Below are positions 36,135-45,505 of a stretch of 64,000 nucleotides of DNA, one piece after another. The first letter of the stretch is position 1, and the number at the start of each line of letters is the position of its first letter. Under the pieces are notes generated by a model. The model saw nothing but the letters and a program-made list of their open reading frames with translations. It searched no databases and was not told the origin of the DNA. Source of the stretch: Thermoplasmata archaeon (GTDB taxonomy: Archaea > Thermoplasmatota > Thermoplasmata > Lutacidiplasmatales > UBA184); contig DATJNY010000019.1 of assembly GCA_035507575.1 (NCBI GenBank), forward strand, positions 17,681-81,680. The letters are read 5' to 3'. A program made the translations under genes and the position numbers.

Positions 36135-37544
36135 ATGCGAAGCGCGCTGCTTCTCGCGATCGTGCTGGTCCTCGCCCTCGCACCCCTCTCCGCGGCGCTC
36201 GCTCCGGGTGCGGCCGGACAGCCCAGCCCGATCGGCGTGATCGATGTATCGCCGGCCCCCGGGAGCGTCACTCCGTCGACCACTCCTACGCTCTACGTGA
36301 CCTACTCCGATTCCGGCGGCGACATCAACTATGCCGCGGTATACATCAATCAGATCAATTTCACGGGATTCACCGGGTACGAGTTCACCTCGACCAGCGT
36401 CACGTGTCCCGTCCCTTCGATCCTCGCGCTCAAGCCCGGACTCCAAAATGCGAGCCTGGTCCTCGGCGATGGCTCGGGAAACTCGCTCAACTACACCTGG
36501 AATTTCACGGTGAACCCGAATGCTTCCATCTCGGGTCAGCCGATCTTCTCGATCAGTGCCGGGAAGCTTCTCCTCTACATCGGCATCGCGACCGCGGTCG
36601 CCGGCGCGACGTTCTTCGCGTACATCGCCTACCTGAAACAGACCACCCGATTTGCGTTTCGAAAGTACTTCGCCACGCACCCGATCCAACGGTCGTATCT
36701 CGTCCTCTACATCCCGTGCGCCGCCGCCTTTCTCTTCCTCCTCGTCGGCCTCTCGTACGTCACGGGGACCCCCAATCTTCCCGCGTACTCCCTCGATCTC
36801 GTCTTCATCGGTGCAATATTCATTGCGCTCACCGCGTTTGGCATCGACGCGCGCACTCAGTTGGCGCGCAACCGGGCGTACGAGCGGGCGTTCGCGCAAT
36901 TCCTATTCGAAATGTCCGACGCGATGCGGGGAGGGCTCGACCCCGCGAAAGCGATCACCGAACTCGCGAAGACCCAGACGAACATCCTTCAACGCCCCCT
37001 TCGCGTCGCCTCGGATGGCATCCGGATCGGCCGCCCGTTCGAAGCCGTCCTACGCGACATGGCGCGCGGCCTGAAGAGCCCCCTGATTTCTCGGTACGCC
37101 GACCTGATCGCCGAGGCGACGACGGTCGGCGGGGAGACCGCGGTCGTCATCCATCGGGCCGCCAAGGACATGGATGATTTTGTGAAGATCGAAGAGGAGC
37201 GATCCGCCCAGCTCACTCTTCCCGTCGCGGTCATTTACATTGCGTTCGCAGTGCTCGTGGCGGTCTTGGTCGCTCTGCTTTACATCGCGCCGGATCTCGG
37301 CACGCTCAACATCGGTTTCCTCACGTCGGCAGCCAATCCCTTGAAAGGCCCTACCGCGAGCTCGGTGCCAACCCTCGCCCTGAGCACACTCCATGAGCGC
37401 TTTTTCGAGCTTACCATCATCAACTCTCTTGGCACCGGTGCGATTATCGGAGCGTTTACCGAGGGTCGCGCCCGCTATGGAATCGTGCACTCACTAGGGC
37501 TGGTCGCGGCGACCACGGTGTTGTTTCTCTTCATCTTCCCCTGA
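36135..37544 (+). CDS. Second platform protein (TadB/T2SS-F family) with N-terminal signal peptide and extracellular Ig-like domain
   Basis: Signal peptide, beta-rich domain ending 'NYTWNFTVNP', TM helices, then T2SS-F-like 'FLFEMSDAMRGG', 'IRIGRPFEAVL', 'EATTVGG'. Confidence 0.85.
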   Translation: MRSALLLAIVLVLALAPLSAALAPGAAGQPSPIGVIDVSPAPGSVTPSTTPTLYVTYSDSGGDINYAAVYINQINFTGFTGYEFTSTSVTCPVPSILALKPGLQNASLVLGDGSGNSLNYTWNFTVNPNASISGQPIFSISAGKLLLYIGIATAVAGATFFAYIAYLKQTTRFAFRKYFATHPIQRSYLVLYIPCAAAFLFLLVGLSYVTGTPNLPAYSLDLVFIGAIFIALTAFGIDARTQLARNRAYERAFAQFLFEMSDAMRGGLDPAKAITELAKTQTNILQRPLRVASDGIRIGRPFEAVLRDMARGLKSPLISRYADLIAEATTVGGETAVVIHRAAKDMDDFVKIEEERSAQLTLPVAVIYIAFAVLVAVLVALLYIAPDLGTLNIGFLTSAANPLKGPTASSVPTLALSTLHERFFELTIINSLGTGAIIGAFTEGRARYGIVHSLGLVAATTVLFLFIFP

Positions 37545-37583
37545 CAAGGGGGGCTGAAGCTTCATCCGGGACGAGCCCGCAGA

Positions 37584-38411
37584 CTACGATGGAGCCATGT
37601 ACTGAATCGTTGCGGAACCGAGGAGTCCGTCGCTGCTTGTGACGACGAGTTGGATATTGTAGGTGTCCCCAGCGGTAAGGGTGCTAGTCAGTTCCGCTTC
37701 CTCCCCGTAGAGCGTAGCGATGACGGAGGAGCCCTGCGTCACCGTCCACGCCCAAGACACGATCGTCGCATTCCCTCCTGGCTGAAATGAGTCCGAACCG
37801 TCGAGGAGCGGGATTTGCTCCGGCTCGCCCCCGGAGTAGGTCGTCAGCACCGACACGAGCGCCACGGCGGTGGGTGGCAGGAATGATTGCTCGAACTGGT
37901 TTCCGAGGAAGGTGGAGATCGCGATCGTCGCGTAGCTGGTGGGAACCGGGGCTTGGTCGGGATTCACGAACGAGTAGGTGGGGCCAGAAGTCAGGATCAA
38001 CGAGATTGTCGCCTCTTCGTCGGGTGTCAAAATGAGCTGAGATCCCGCCGTCACGAGATACATGCTATGGTTGACGAGGTCGGTGACTTGATAGTACACG
38101 AGAGGGAAGCCGTTGATCGTAAGGTCGGTCACAGCGATCGAGTTCACGTCCGAACTCGCGATCGAGAACTCGAAGGTCGCGAATCCGGTTCCCGCTGTAT
38201 CGAGCGAGGATGCAATCCCGACAACGCGGATTGATTCGAGCTGGACGAGGTGAATGTGGGCCTGCTCGGCGTTGTATTGCTGCTCGTACGACGCGACGAA
38301 CGCGGCGAGGGTGACCGCGGCGGCGATGACGATGAGAATGAGCATCAGTGTCCCGACGATCTCGGCAAGACCCCGGGAGCCGCGTGTGAGTGAGGGCGAC
38401 CGGCGCCGCAC
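37584..38411 (-). CDS. Archaeal type IV pilin-like protein with C-terminal PKD-like domain
   Basis: Class III site RG|LAEIVGTLMLILIVIAAAV. C-terminal 'LLDGSDSF...IVSWAWTV...YNIQLVVT..DG'. Confidence 0.85.
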   Translation of the reverse strand: MRRRSPSLTRGSRGLAEIVGTLMLILIVIAAAVTLAAFVASYEQQYNAEQAHIHLVQLESIRVVGIASSLDTAGTGFATFEFSIASSDVNSIAVTDLTINGFPLVYYQVTDLVNHSMYLVTAGSQLILTPDEEATISLILTSGPTYSFVNPDQAPVPTSYATIAISTFLGNQFEQSFLPPTAVALVSVLTTYSGGEPEQIPLLDGSDSFQPGGNATIVSWAWTVTQGSSVIATLYGEEAELTSTLTAGDTYNIQLVVTSSDGLLGSATIQYMAPS

Positions 38412-38528
38412 GCCCGCGGGAGCCGGAAGGTCGCTGATAGGAGTTCCTTACGAAAATTGCGTAATCGACCGAAGTTCTTCGCACACTCCCAATGGCATCG
38501 TTAAGCGAATACCTCCGTAACGAGTACC

Positions 38529-39158
38529 ATGGGTATTCCGGTCGAGGTTCCGGGCCTCGACACGATCGTTCCTGTGATTCCGGACGGTCACATCGTGGTA
38601 ATCGAGAGCGGGGCGGACGGCGTCAAGAGCTTCCTCTCCCGACGACTCGCGAAGACGGCCCTGCGCGCTGGCCGTTCGGTAACTTTCATCGCGTCCCGGG
38701 ACGGGCCGGAACTTTCCCAATCGCTTCTGATCGGCAACGACCTGCCACCCACGCGGGGGGACGGGTTGCGTGTTGAGGAACGGGACTCGCTGGTCGGTTG
38801 GCAAGACGTCGACTCGCTGCGCGGGGTTCTCGTCGTCGATTCGTTCTCATTCCTTGCGCTGAATCTGCCGCCAAGCCAGCTCTCCGAGCTCCTGCGCCGA
38901 CTGCGGCGGTTGGGCCACGCCCAGGGGCTCACGGTGATCCTTGCCACCGACCGCGGGATGGCGGACGAGAGGTCGGAATCGATCCTCGGACACCTCTCCG
39001 ATGGCTGGATTCAATTCCTTTCGAAGGAAGGGCCCGAGGGCCTGATTCGCTATCTACGCGTACCGAAATGGTCGGACGGAACACTCGTCGACCGCAACAT
39101 CTACTACGAGTATGACGGTAAGCGCCTTGCCATTGACCTTCGGCGCCGAGTGTTGTAA
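38529..39158 (+). CDS. FlaH/KaiC-like RecA-fold protein with degenerate Walker A
   Basis: 'VPGLDTIVPVIPDGHIVVIESGADGVKS', Walker B 'VLVVDSFS', 'HLSDGWIQF', 'RYLRVPK', terminal 'IDLRRRV'. Confidence 0.75.
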   Translation: MGIPVEVPGLDTIVPVIPDGHIVVIESGADGVKSFLSRRLAKTALRAGRSVTFIASRDGPELSQSLLIGNDLPPTRGDGLRVEERDSLVGWQDVDSLRGVLVVDSFSFLALNLPPSQLSELLRRLRRLGHAQGLTVILATDRGMADERSESILGHLSDGWIQFLSKEGPEGLIRYLRVPKWSDGTLVDRNIYYEYDGKRLAIDLRRRVL

Positions 39159-39170
39159 GGAGGCTCGCTC

Positions 39171-40289
39171 ATGCCCGGATCTTCCTACGATCGATTCGGT
39201 CTCACGAGCAATCCCTTCCGGGACCTCGCCAGCGAGAGCTTGGAGGATGTGGAGATCTACCACGTCAATCTCGACATCGACCGAACCCTCGATACGATCC
39301 GAGAGGAGATCTACGCGAAGGAAAATCGCGCGCTGATCGCGCTCGTGGGCCTGCACGGAGCCGGCAAGACGGAACGGCTCCTGATGGCTCAGGAAGAGGC
39401 GAGGGATCGAGGAGCCTTCAGCGTCTACTTCGACATCACCACCAAGACCACGTGGGTAACACGAGGGCTGGCCGCGTCGTTCCGCAAGTCGGCGAATCTC
39501 GGTGGATTCGCCCAGATCTTCAGCGCCCCGCGGTGGTACCGGGACATCGCTGCCCTCGAGCGGATGAAGGACCGAAACTACGATCCGTTGAAAGCCGGCC
39601 GCGCTCTCGCCGAGGCCCTGAACGCGCACGCGCCCGCGTTTCTACTGCTGAACGACCTGCACAACCTCGCCGCGTCGGATGAACTGGGAATCTTCGCGAA
39701 GGTCCTCCAAGAGATGGTCGACAAAATCAAGCCGGGGGTTCTCGTCATGTTCGGGTGCTTTCCGAGCTTCATGCTGCAACTCGCTACGCATCAGGCTCCC
39801 CTGTCGAGCCGGATCAACCGAACCCTAATTCTCCCCCGCCTGACCCCGGAGGAAGCTTCGTTGCTGCTGGCGAAGAAACTATTGGCCAAACGACTGGTCG
39901 AAGGACTGGATCCGCTCTACCCATTCGATCAAGAGTCCGTGTCGCGACTGAACCAATACGCGTACGGCAACCCCCGAAGGCTGCTCGAGCTCGCGGACGT
40001 TTGCATCGAATTCGCGGTAGCCCACCGCTCCTACCGCATCGACACGGAGATCGTGCGCAGTGCGCTCCTCGAACGTCAAGTCCAGGACCTGAAGTCGGAG
40101 GTCGAGGCGCGATCGGACGGGTGGAAGGAGGACCCCCCGGCGGGAGGGATCGAGCCCCTACCCAACGACACCGTTTACATTGAAGGGAGGGCGCCCGCCG
40201 GAGCAACGATCCCCACAGCGATCACCCCGACCGCTCAGCGCAGTTCCGACCGGACTACTAGTGGTGGGCCGGGGCCGGCTCCCCCATGA
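39171..40289 (+). CDS. AAA+/P-loop ATPase, ExeA/MshM-like
   Basis: N-terminal 'YDRFGLTSNPF', Walker A GLHGAGKT, variant Walker B 'LLLNDLHNL', 'GNPRRL'. Confidence 0.75.
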   Translation: MPGSSYDRFGLTSNPFRDLASESLEDVEIYHVNLDIDRTLDTIREEIYAKENRALIALVGLHGAGKTERLLMAQEEARDRGAFSVYFDITTKTTWVTRGLAASFRKSANLGGFAQIFSAPRWYRDIAALERMKDRNYDPLKAGRALAEALNAHAPAFLLLNDLHNLAASDELGIFAKVLQEMVDKIKPGVLVMFGCFPSFMLQLATHQAPLSSRINRTLILPRLTPEEASLLLAKKLLAKRLVEGLDPLYPFDQESVSRLNQYAYGNPRRLLELADVCIEFAVAHRSYRIDTEIVRSALLERQVQDLKSEVEARSDGWKEDPPAGGIEPLPNDTVYIEGRAPAGATIPTAITPTAQRSSDRTTSGGPGPAPP

Positions 40290-41277
40290 CGGCCAGATTG
40301 ATCGCCTGTTCGGCGATGTCGGCGGCGTAGCTCGCGATCCGTCCCAGGCTATCGACCACGACTCCGAGCGCGAGGAGCTCCTCGCCCTTGCGCGTCGCGA
40401 CGCGGTGGAACAGATCGTCGATGAGTCGCTGATGTTGCGGTCGTGCGTCGATCGCTGCGTTCGCCTCCTCGATGTCCCCGGCCATCAAGGCGTGGAAGGC
40501 CCGATCCAGCATCGCGATGGCCGAGGTCTTGGCGATCACAAGGTCCGCTGCGAGCTTCGGTTCGAGCGGTTTCTTGTCGGAGAGCGTGGCGTAGGCCCCC
40601 GCGATGCGGACTGCGTGGTAGCCGATCCGCTCCATGATCTTCGCGACGAGCCCATGGACGAGGATGGCTCCCATCCCCTGTCCGTTGGGGCCTGATGGGA
40701 ACTGGCCCGGGGTGAGGTATCTCTTCGCGACCATCCAGTAGAGGCGGTCGACATCCTGGCTGCGTTGCGTTACGTCATGAGCCAAAGTCGGGTTCCGGCT
40801 CTGCAACGCGAGGATCGAATCCTCGAGCATGGCGCGGGTGATGAGATGCATTCGGCGCAAGCACTTCTCCGCGCTCAGTTCCGACGGGTCGGAGAGGTCT
40901 TGGATGATGAGCTGGTTCCGGTTCTCCTCGATCACCTCAGGGCCGATCACGAGCCGGCAAAAGTCGCGTGCAGATCGCCGGACGAAGGGGCCGCGGTCAG
41001 CCGGAAAACGCACCTCGATGAGACCGTATCCTGAGATGTACGCCCCGATCAGTTTCCGCAGAAGGTGTTCTCGTGCCTCCTCACCCTTCTCCTCGAAGAC
41101 CTTCCGGCGGAGCGGGGGGCGCTCCTCGCGCTTATGGCGCACGGATACGGAGCCGTCAAGCTCGGAATCCACGAACAGCGTGTCACCGGCCTTCAGCCCG
41201 GCATCCAGCACCCAGCGCTTGGGCAAGGAAACGAGATACGTTGAGCCGCCGGCCAGCTGAAGCTTACGGCCCTCCAT
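40258..41277 (-). CDS. Archaeal phosphate uptake regulator: AbrB DNA-binding domain plus PhoU domains
   Basis: 'RKLQLAGGSTYLVSLPKRW' (AbrB/SpoVT), 'RKLIGAYISGY', 'DVDRLYW', 'ERIGYHAVRIA', 'SLGRIASYAADIAE'. Confidence 0.92.
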   Translation of the reverse strand: MEGRKLQLAGGSTYLVSLPKRWVLDAGLKAGDTLFVDSELDGSVSVRHKREERPPLRRKVFEEKGEEAREHLLRKLIGAYISGYGLIEVRFPADRGPFVRRSARDFCRLVIGPEVIEENRNQLIIQDLSDPSELSAEKCLRRMHLITRAMLEDSILALQSRNPTLAHDVTQRSQDVDRLYWMVAKRYLTPGQFPSGPNGQGMGAILVHGLVAKIMERIGYHAVRIAGAYATLSDKKPLEPKLAADLVIAKTSAIAMLDRAFHALMAGDIEEANAAIDARPQHQRLIDDLFHRVATRKGEELLALGVVVDSLGRIASYAADIAEQAINLAVMGEPAPAHH

Positions 41278-41454
41278 GCGCAGCACCATCCCCCGAGGCT
41301 CTACGTAGGCTTAAGCGTGAAATAAATAGAAACAATAGGGCTATGCTACGAAGTTTACGAGACCCGCGTAGCCTTCGAAGAAAGCCTGAGTGCTCCGAGG
41401 TAAAGTCCGCAGTTCGAAGCAACGTTGATTACTTGATTCGCGTCGATACGGAGC

Positions 41455-42015
41455 ATGCCTGAGGTACCGGCCGAGGGGCTTCGGTTCGAGGAAGTCGATC
41501 CCTCGTCCGCCGACCTCCCCCCCGTCGAGCACCGGCCACCTTCGACCGACGGACGCCGGCCCGGGGTTTATCTGATCGTTATCGTGCTGGTGATCGCGGT
41601 CGCGGTCGGTTCGGTGTATCTCGTGTCGATCACGTTCCACCGTGGGGCGGCGTCCTCCACGACGCATGTGCTCGTGCCGAACGGAACCGCCTACTCGATC
41701 CCGGCCGGCCAGTACGACGCCGTCGCCTTCATCGTCGACGGGAATGCGACGGTGAAGGGGACGATGTACACGGCGTTCGGAATGACGCTTTATCAGATGA
41801 CCCCCGCCCAGTACGAGCATCTCGTCAATACCCTGAATTTCTCGGCCGGCTACGAATGGACCTCCGGACCGATCGGTAACAACACCGTCTATCAACTGAA
41901 TCTCACCGTCCCCGCCGGGCAGTGGGAGTTGGTCTGGGCGAATCCGAACGATCCGTCCACCTTCATCACCACGCTGATCGGGTTCTACTCCGATTTGATC
42001 CTCGAGCCCTCGTGA
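41455..42015 (+). CDS. Hypothetical membrane-anchored exported protein
   Basis: Single TM helix, then a beta-rich domain ('YQMTPAQY', 'VPAGQWELVWAN'). Confidence 0.75.
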   Translation: MPEVPAEGLRFEEVDPSSADLPPVEHRPPSTDGRRPGVYLIVIVLVIAVAVGSVYLVSITFHRGAASSTTHVLVPNGTAYSIPAGQYDAVAFIVDGNATVKGTMYTAFGMTLYQMTPAQYEHLVNTLNFSAGYEWTSGPIGNNTVYQLNLTVPAGQWELVWANPNDPSTFITTLIGFYSDLILEPS

Positions 42016-42049
42016 GCCCGCTTCGTCGACCAGATCCCAAGCGGGCGTT

Positions 42050-42781
42050 CTACCGTTTCGGGCTGGGCGACCAGACGCCCGAGGTCGCCCGATGGGCGAG
42101 GGCTGGGAAATACTCAGGTCGGCGCTCGCCGGTGATCGCATAGATGGCCTTCTCGGCGATCTTGCAGGCGTTGTCCCCGACCCGCTCCAGGTGGCGGCCG
42201 GCCAGAAGAAAGCGGCCGAGACGTTCGGTGGAGGGTCCGCCCTTTTGCAAAAGCTCGAAGACCCGGTTCTGCAGTTGGTCGTACAGCTCATCGACATCGT
42301 CGTCCATGGCGAAGATGGCCCGCGCTTCATCGGCGTCCTCTTTGAGGAACGCCCGCACGGATCGCTGGACCATCAGGCGGGACTGCTCGTCCATCTTTCG
42401 CAACAGCTCGCTGGGGGTTTGGTCGGAGGTGTCGGGCGAGCTCGTCAGGTTCTTCGCGAGGTCGTAGCCGAGCCGCCCGACGCGGTCGACGCAGTTCGCG
42501 ATCTTGAGCACGGCGCCGATCGTCCGGAGATCCGGCCCTTCAGGCTGGAGGATCGCGATCAGGCGGATCGCCTCGGTCTCGATGGCGATGTCGAAGCGGT
42601 CGAGGGGCGAATCGCGGTCGGTCACGCTCTTCGCGAGGGCCGCGTCGCCGGTGATCAGCGCCCGGGTCCCGTCGGCGACCATGCCGACGGCGAGTTCGCT
42701 CATCGCGCCGACATGGGCTTTCAGGACCACGATCGGGTCGTCGGGGGGGTTCGGTTTCGGAGGTTCGGGGGTCGCGTTCAT
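42050..42781 (-). CDS. phoU: Phosphate transport regulator PhoU
   Basis: ATG overlaps the pstB stop. 'LQPEGPDLR', 'DDDVDELY', 'RHLERVGDNACKIAEKAIY'. Confidence 0.92.
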   Translation of the reverse strand: MNATPEPPKPNPPDDPIVVLKAHVGAMSELAVGMVADGTRALITGDAALAKSVTDRDSPLDRFDIAIETEAIRLIAILQPEGPDLRTIGAVLKIANCVDRVGRLGYDLAKNLTSSPDTSDQTPSELLRKMDEQSRLMVQRSVRAFLKEDADEARAIFAMDDDVDELYDQLQNRVFELLQKGGPSTERLGRFLLAGRHLERVGDNACKIAEKAIYAITGERRPEYFPALAHRATSGVWSPSPKR

Positions 42782-43551
42782 GAGAACCGTCCAGTGATGA
42801 ACTCCGCCGTGAGCGGGTTCCGGGGCCGCTCGAGGACCTCGGCGGTCGGCCCGACCTCGATGAGGTGGCCGGTGTGGAGAACGGCGATGCGGTCGGAGAC
42901 CCGCGCCGCCTGGCTGACGTTGTGCGTGACGAGGACGAGCACGTAGTCCTCCTTGAGCCGTTGCATCGTCGCCTCGACGCGCTGCGTCGCCGCGGGATCG
43001 AGCGCCGACGTCGGCTCGTCCAGCAGCAGGACCCGGGGCTGGGTCGCGAGCGCGCGGGCGATGCACAGGCGCTGCTGTTGTCCTCCCGAGAGCGAGAGCG
43101 CGGGACGGTCCAGGTCATCCTTGACCTCGTCCCACAGGCCGGAGCGGCGGAGCCCCTCCTCGACCTGCCGCTCGATCTCACGGATCTCCTCGCCGACCAG
43201 GCGGAGGCCAAACGCCGCGTTCTCGAAGATCGACGTCGGGAAGACGGTCGGGCGCTGGAAGACCATCCCGATGCGGCGCCGGACCATCACCGGGTTGACG
43301 CGAGGATCGTAGATGTTCTGGCCGAGGTAGAGGATCGCCCCCTCCACCTTCAGACCGGGCGTGAGTTCCACCATGCGGTTCAGGCTGCGCACGAACGTGG
43401 TCTTCCCGCAGCCGGACGGGCCGACGACCGCGGTGAGGCTCGACGGCCCAAAGTCGAGGGAGAGGTCGTCGATGAGCTTCTTCTGCTTCGTGCGCACGGT
43501 CAGGTGCTGCACCGACACGACGGCGCTCCCGTCGTTCGCGGTCGCGTTCAC
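42778..43551 (-). CDS. pstB: Phosphate ABC transporter ATPase
   Basis: GPSGCGKTT, 'RRRIGMVFQRP', 'LWDEVKD', [25 protein letters not shown], 'FITGRF'. Confidence 0.95.
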   Translation of the reverse strand: MNATANDGSAVVSVQHLTVRTKQKKLIDDLSLDFGPSSLTAVVGPSGCGKTTFVRSLNRMVELTPGLKVEGAILYLGQNIYDPRVNPVMVRRRIGMVFQRPTVFPTSIFENAAFGLRLVGEEIREIERQVEEGLRRSGLWDEVKDDLDRPALSLSGGQQQRLCIARALATQPRVLLLDEPTSALDPAATQRVEATMQRLKEDYVLVLVTHNVSQAARVSDRIAVLHTGHLIEVGPTAEVLERPRNPLTAEFITGRFS

Positions 43552-44462
43552 TGGTAGAGTCCCTCCAATCGCTTCTGGTATCGGGCCGAGATGACGCGCA
43601 CGAGGATGTTGAGGGCGACGACGACGACCATCAAGAGGAGCGCGGCCTGGAACGCGAGCGAGAGGCTCGGCGATCCCGCGGGCTGGGAGAAGTTCTCCCA
43701 GATCGTCCCGGTCAGGAACGTGACCGGGGAATAGATCGTGGGCGGGAAGATCACCGACTGGGTCGTCGTGAGGACGATCGGGGCCGTTTCGCCGACACCG
43801 ATGGCGAGCGCGAGGAAGACCCCGTTCAGGATCTGGGGGAAGGCGATCGGCGCGCCGACCCGGAGCACGTATTGGTACGGCCGGGCCCCCGAGCCGTAGG
43901 CGGCCTCCCGGATCGGGCGGGGGATCGACGAATAGGCGAGATCGGAGATCCGGAAGATGTAGGGGGTCATGAAGAACGCCAGCGTGACCGACCCCGCGAT
44001 GAACGAAAGCCCCCAGCCGAACGTGATGACGAAGAGGAAGTAGCCGAAGTACCCAAGGACGACCGACGGCGTTCCGACGAGCATGTTCGCCGCCATCCGG
44101 ACCCAGCCGGCGGCCCGCTCGGGCAGGAACTCGGCGGTCGCGACCCCGCCGAAGAGGCCGAGCAGCACCGCGAGGGCGATCGCGAACAGCATGATCGCGG
44201 CGGTCGTCTCGATCGGAACACCGAGCGCGTCCGGGTCGTAGGGGTTCGTGCTCGTGAGCACGGTCCAGGTGAACGTCGGAAGCGCCTGCGACGCGATGTA
44301 GTAGACGAGGTCGAGGATCGGGATGATCGCGACAAGGAAGAGCAGCGGCAGCACCCAGCCGATGGCCTTGTCGAAGCCGAGTCGCCAGCGCGTGCGGAAC
44401 GACCGGTCGAAGAGCAGCTCCTCGGCGGTCTCGGCCCGGAGGTGGTTCACCGCGCTCGCCAT
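43548..44462 (-). CDS. pstA: Phosphate ABC transporter permease PstA
   Basis: 'GTPSVVLG', 'IREAAYGSGA', 'GETAPI'. Lies between pstC and pstB. Confidence 0.93.
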   Translation of the reverse strand: MASAVNHLRAETAEELLFDRSFRTRWRLGFDKAIGWVLPLLFLVAIIPILDLVYYIASQALPTFTWTVLTSTNPYDPDALGVPIETTAAIMLFAIALAVLLGLFGGVATAEFLPERAAGWVRMAANMLVGTPSVVLGYFGYFLFVITFGWGLSFIAGSVTLAFFMTPYIFRISDLAYSSIPRPIREAAYGSGARPYQYVLRVGAPIAFPQILNGVFLALAIGVGETAPIVLTTTQSVIFPPTIYSPVTFLTGTIWENFSQPAGSPSLSLAFQAALLLMVVVVALNILVRVISARYQKRLEGLYQ

Positions 44463-44468
44463 CGACCC

Positions 44469-45413
44469 TCACAACCCCGGGACTTCGTAGGTGACGATGC
44501 GGGCGACGAGCCGGCGGCCGATGATGTTGACCGCGAGCGAGATCGCGAGGAGCACGAGCGCCATCTCCGACAGCGCGGCGAGCCACTGGGTGTTGCCGAA
44601 GGCAGAGTCCAGCGAGAGGAACATCTCCGCGGCCATCGTGCCGGTCGATCCGTAGACGTTGGTGGGGTACGAGGCGACGACGTTCAGCACCATCGCGATC
44701 GCAACGGTCTCCCCGAACGCCCGGCCGAAACCGAGAAAGGCGGCGCTGAGGATCCCGCGGCTCCCATACGGGATCGCCACGTGGCGGACCGTCTCCCAGC
44801 GGGTCGCCCCGAGGCCGAGGCCGGCTTCCCAGAGGTCCCGGGGGACGCTCCGGAGCGCGTCCCGGATCAGGAGGGTCGTGATCGGGAGCGCCATCAGCGT
44901 GAGGATGAAGACCCCGACGGGCAGGCCGAGCCCATCCGCGCGGGGCGCGAGCCCACCGAACCCCGGGATGAACCCGATGTGGGCGTACAACGCGGGATTG
45001 ATCACGCTCCCGAAGAACGGGGCGACGAGCAGGTACCCCCAGATCCCGTAGACGATGCTCGGGATCCCGGCGAGGAGGTCGACGAACGGGTCGAGCCACC
45101 GGGTGATCCATCCCGGCAGGTACGTGGTCGAAGCGATCGCGATGCCGAGACCGATCGCCATGGCGAAGAAGAGCGCCGGGAGGGCGGTCAGGAACGATCC
45201 GGCGATGAACACCGCGATCCCCCACTGCGAGGGCGGATCCCAGATGCTCCCCCAAAAGCCCCAACCGAAATTCGTGAGCTTGCTCGAGATGAGCAGCTCG
45301 ACGACGATCCCCACGAGGATCGCCATCGGGATGAGCGCCGGGACGAACGGGACGATCCGTCCGATCGTCGCGCCGTAGGCCCGGTGTCGCGGAGCGGTCG
45401 GGGTTGCGTTCAT
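44469..45413 (-). CDS. pstC: Phosphate ABC transporter permease PstC
   Basis: 'DLLAGIPSIVYGIWG', 'EAGLGLGATRWE', 'GRAFGETVA'. Confidence 0.95.
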   Translation of the reverse strand: MNATPTAPRHRAYGATIGRIVPFVPALIPMAILVGIVVELLISSKLTNFGWGFWGSIWDPPSQWGIAVFIAGSFLTALPALFFAMAIGLGIAIASTTYLPGWITRWLDPFVDLLAGIPSIVYGIWGYLLVAPFFGSVINPALYAHIGFIPGFGGLAPRADGLGLPVGVFILTLMALPITTLLIRDALRSVPRDLWEAGLGLGATRWETVRHVAIPYGSRGILSAAFLGFGRAFGETVAIAMVLNVVASYPTNVYGSTGTMAAEMFLSLDSAFGNTQWLAALSEMALVLLAISLAVNIIGRRLVARIVTYEVPGL

Positions 45414-45505
45414 GCTGGGGGAAGAAGGGAAGGAAGGGGTTCCCGGTCCGCGGACGCTACCGGGGCCGAGGGGTCACGCACGATACTCCCGGAACTTCGC
45501 CCGCC

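Noticed and set aside
33395..39158. Archaellum (motility) operon
   Set aside because: No archaellin-type N-terminus (GIGTLI.FIA), no recognisable FlaC/D/E/F/G, a split platform, and no chemotaxis genes.
42770..45413. pstC, pstB and phoU all begin M/V-N-A-T
   Set aside because: Partly forced by ATGA/GTGA start-stop overlaps, and too short to claim a signal.
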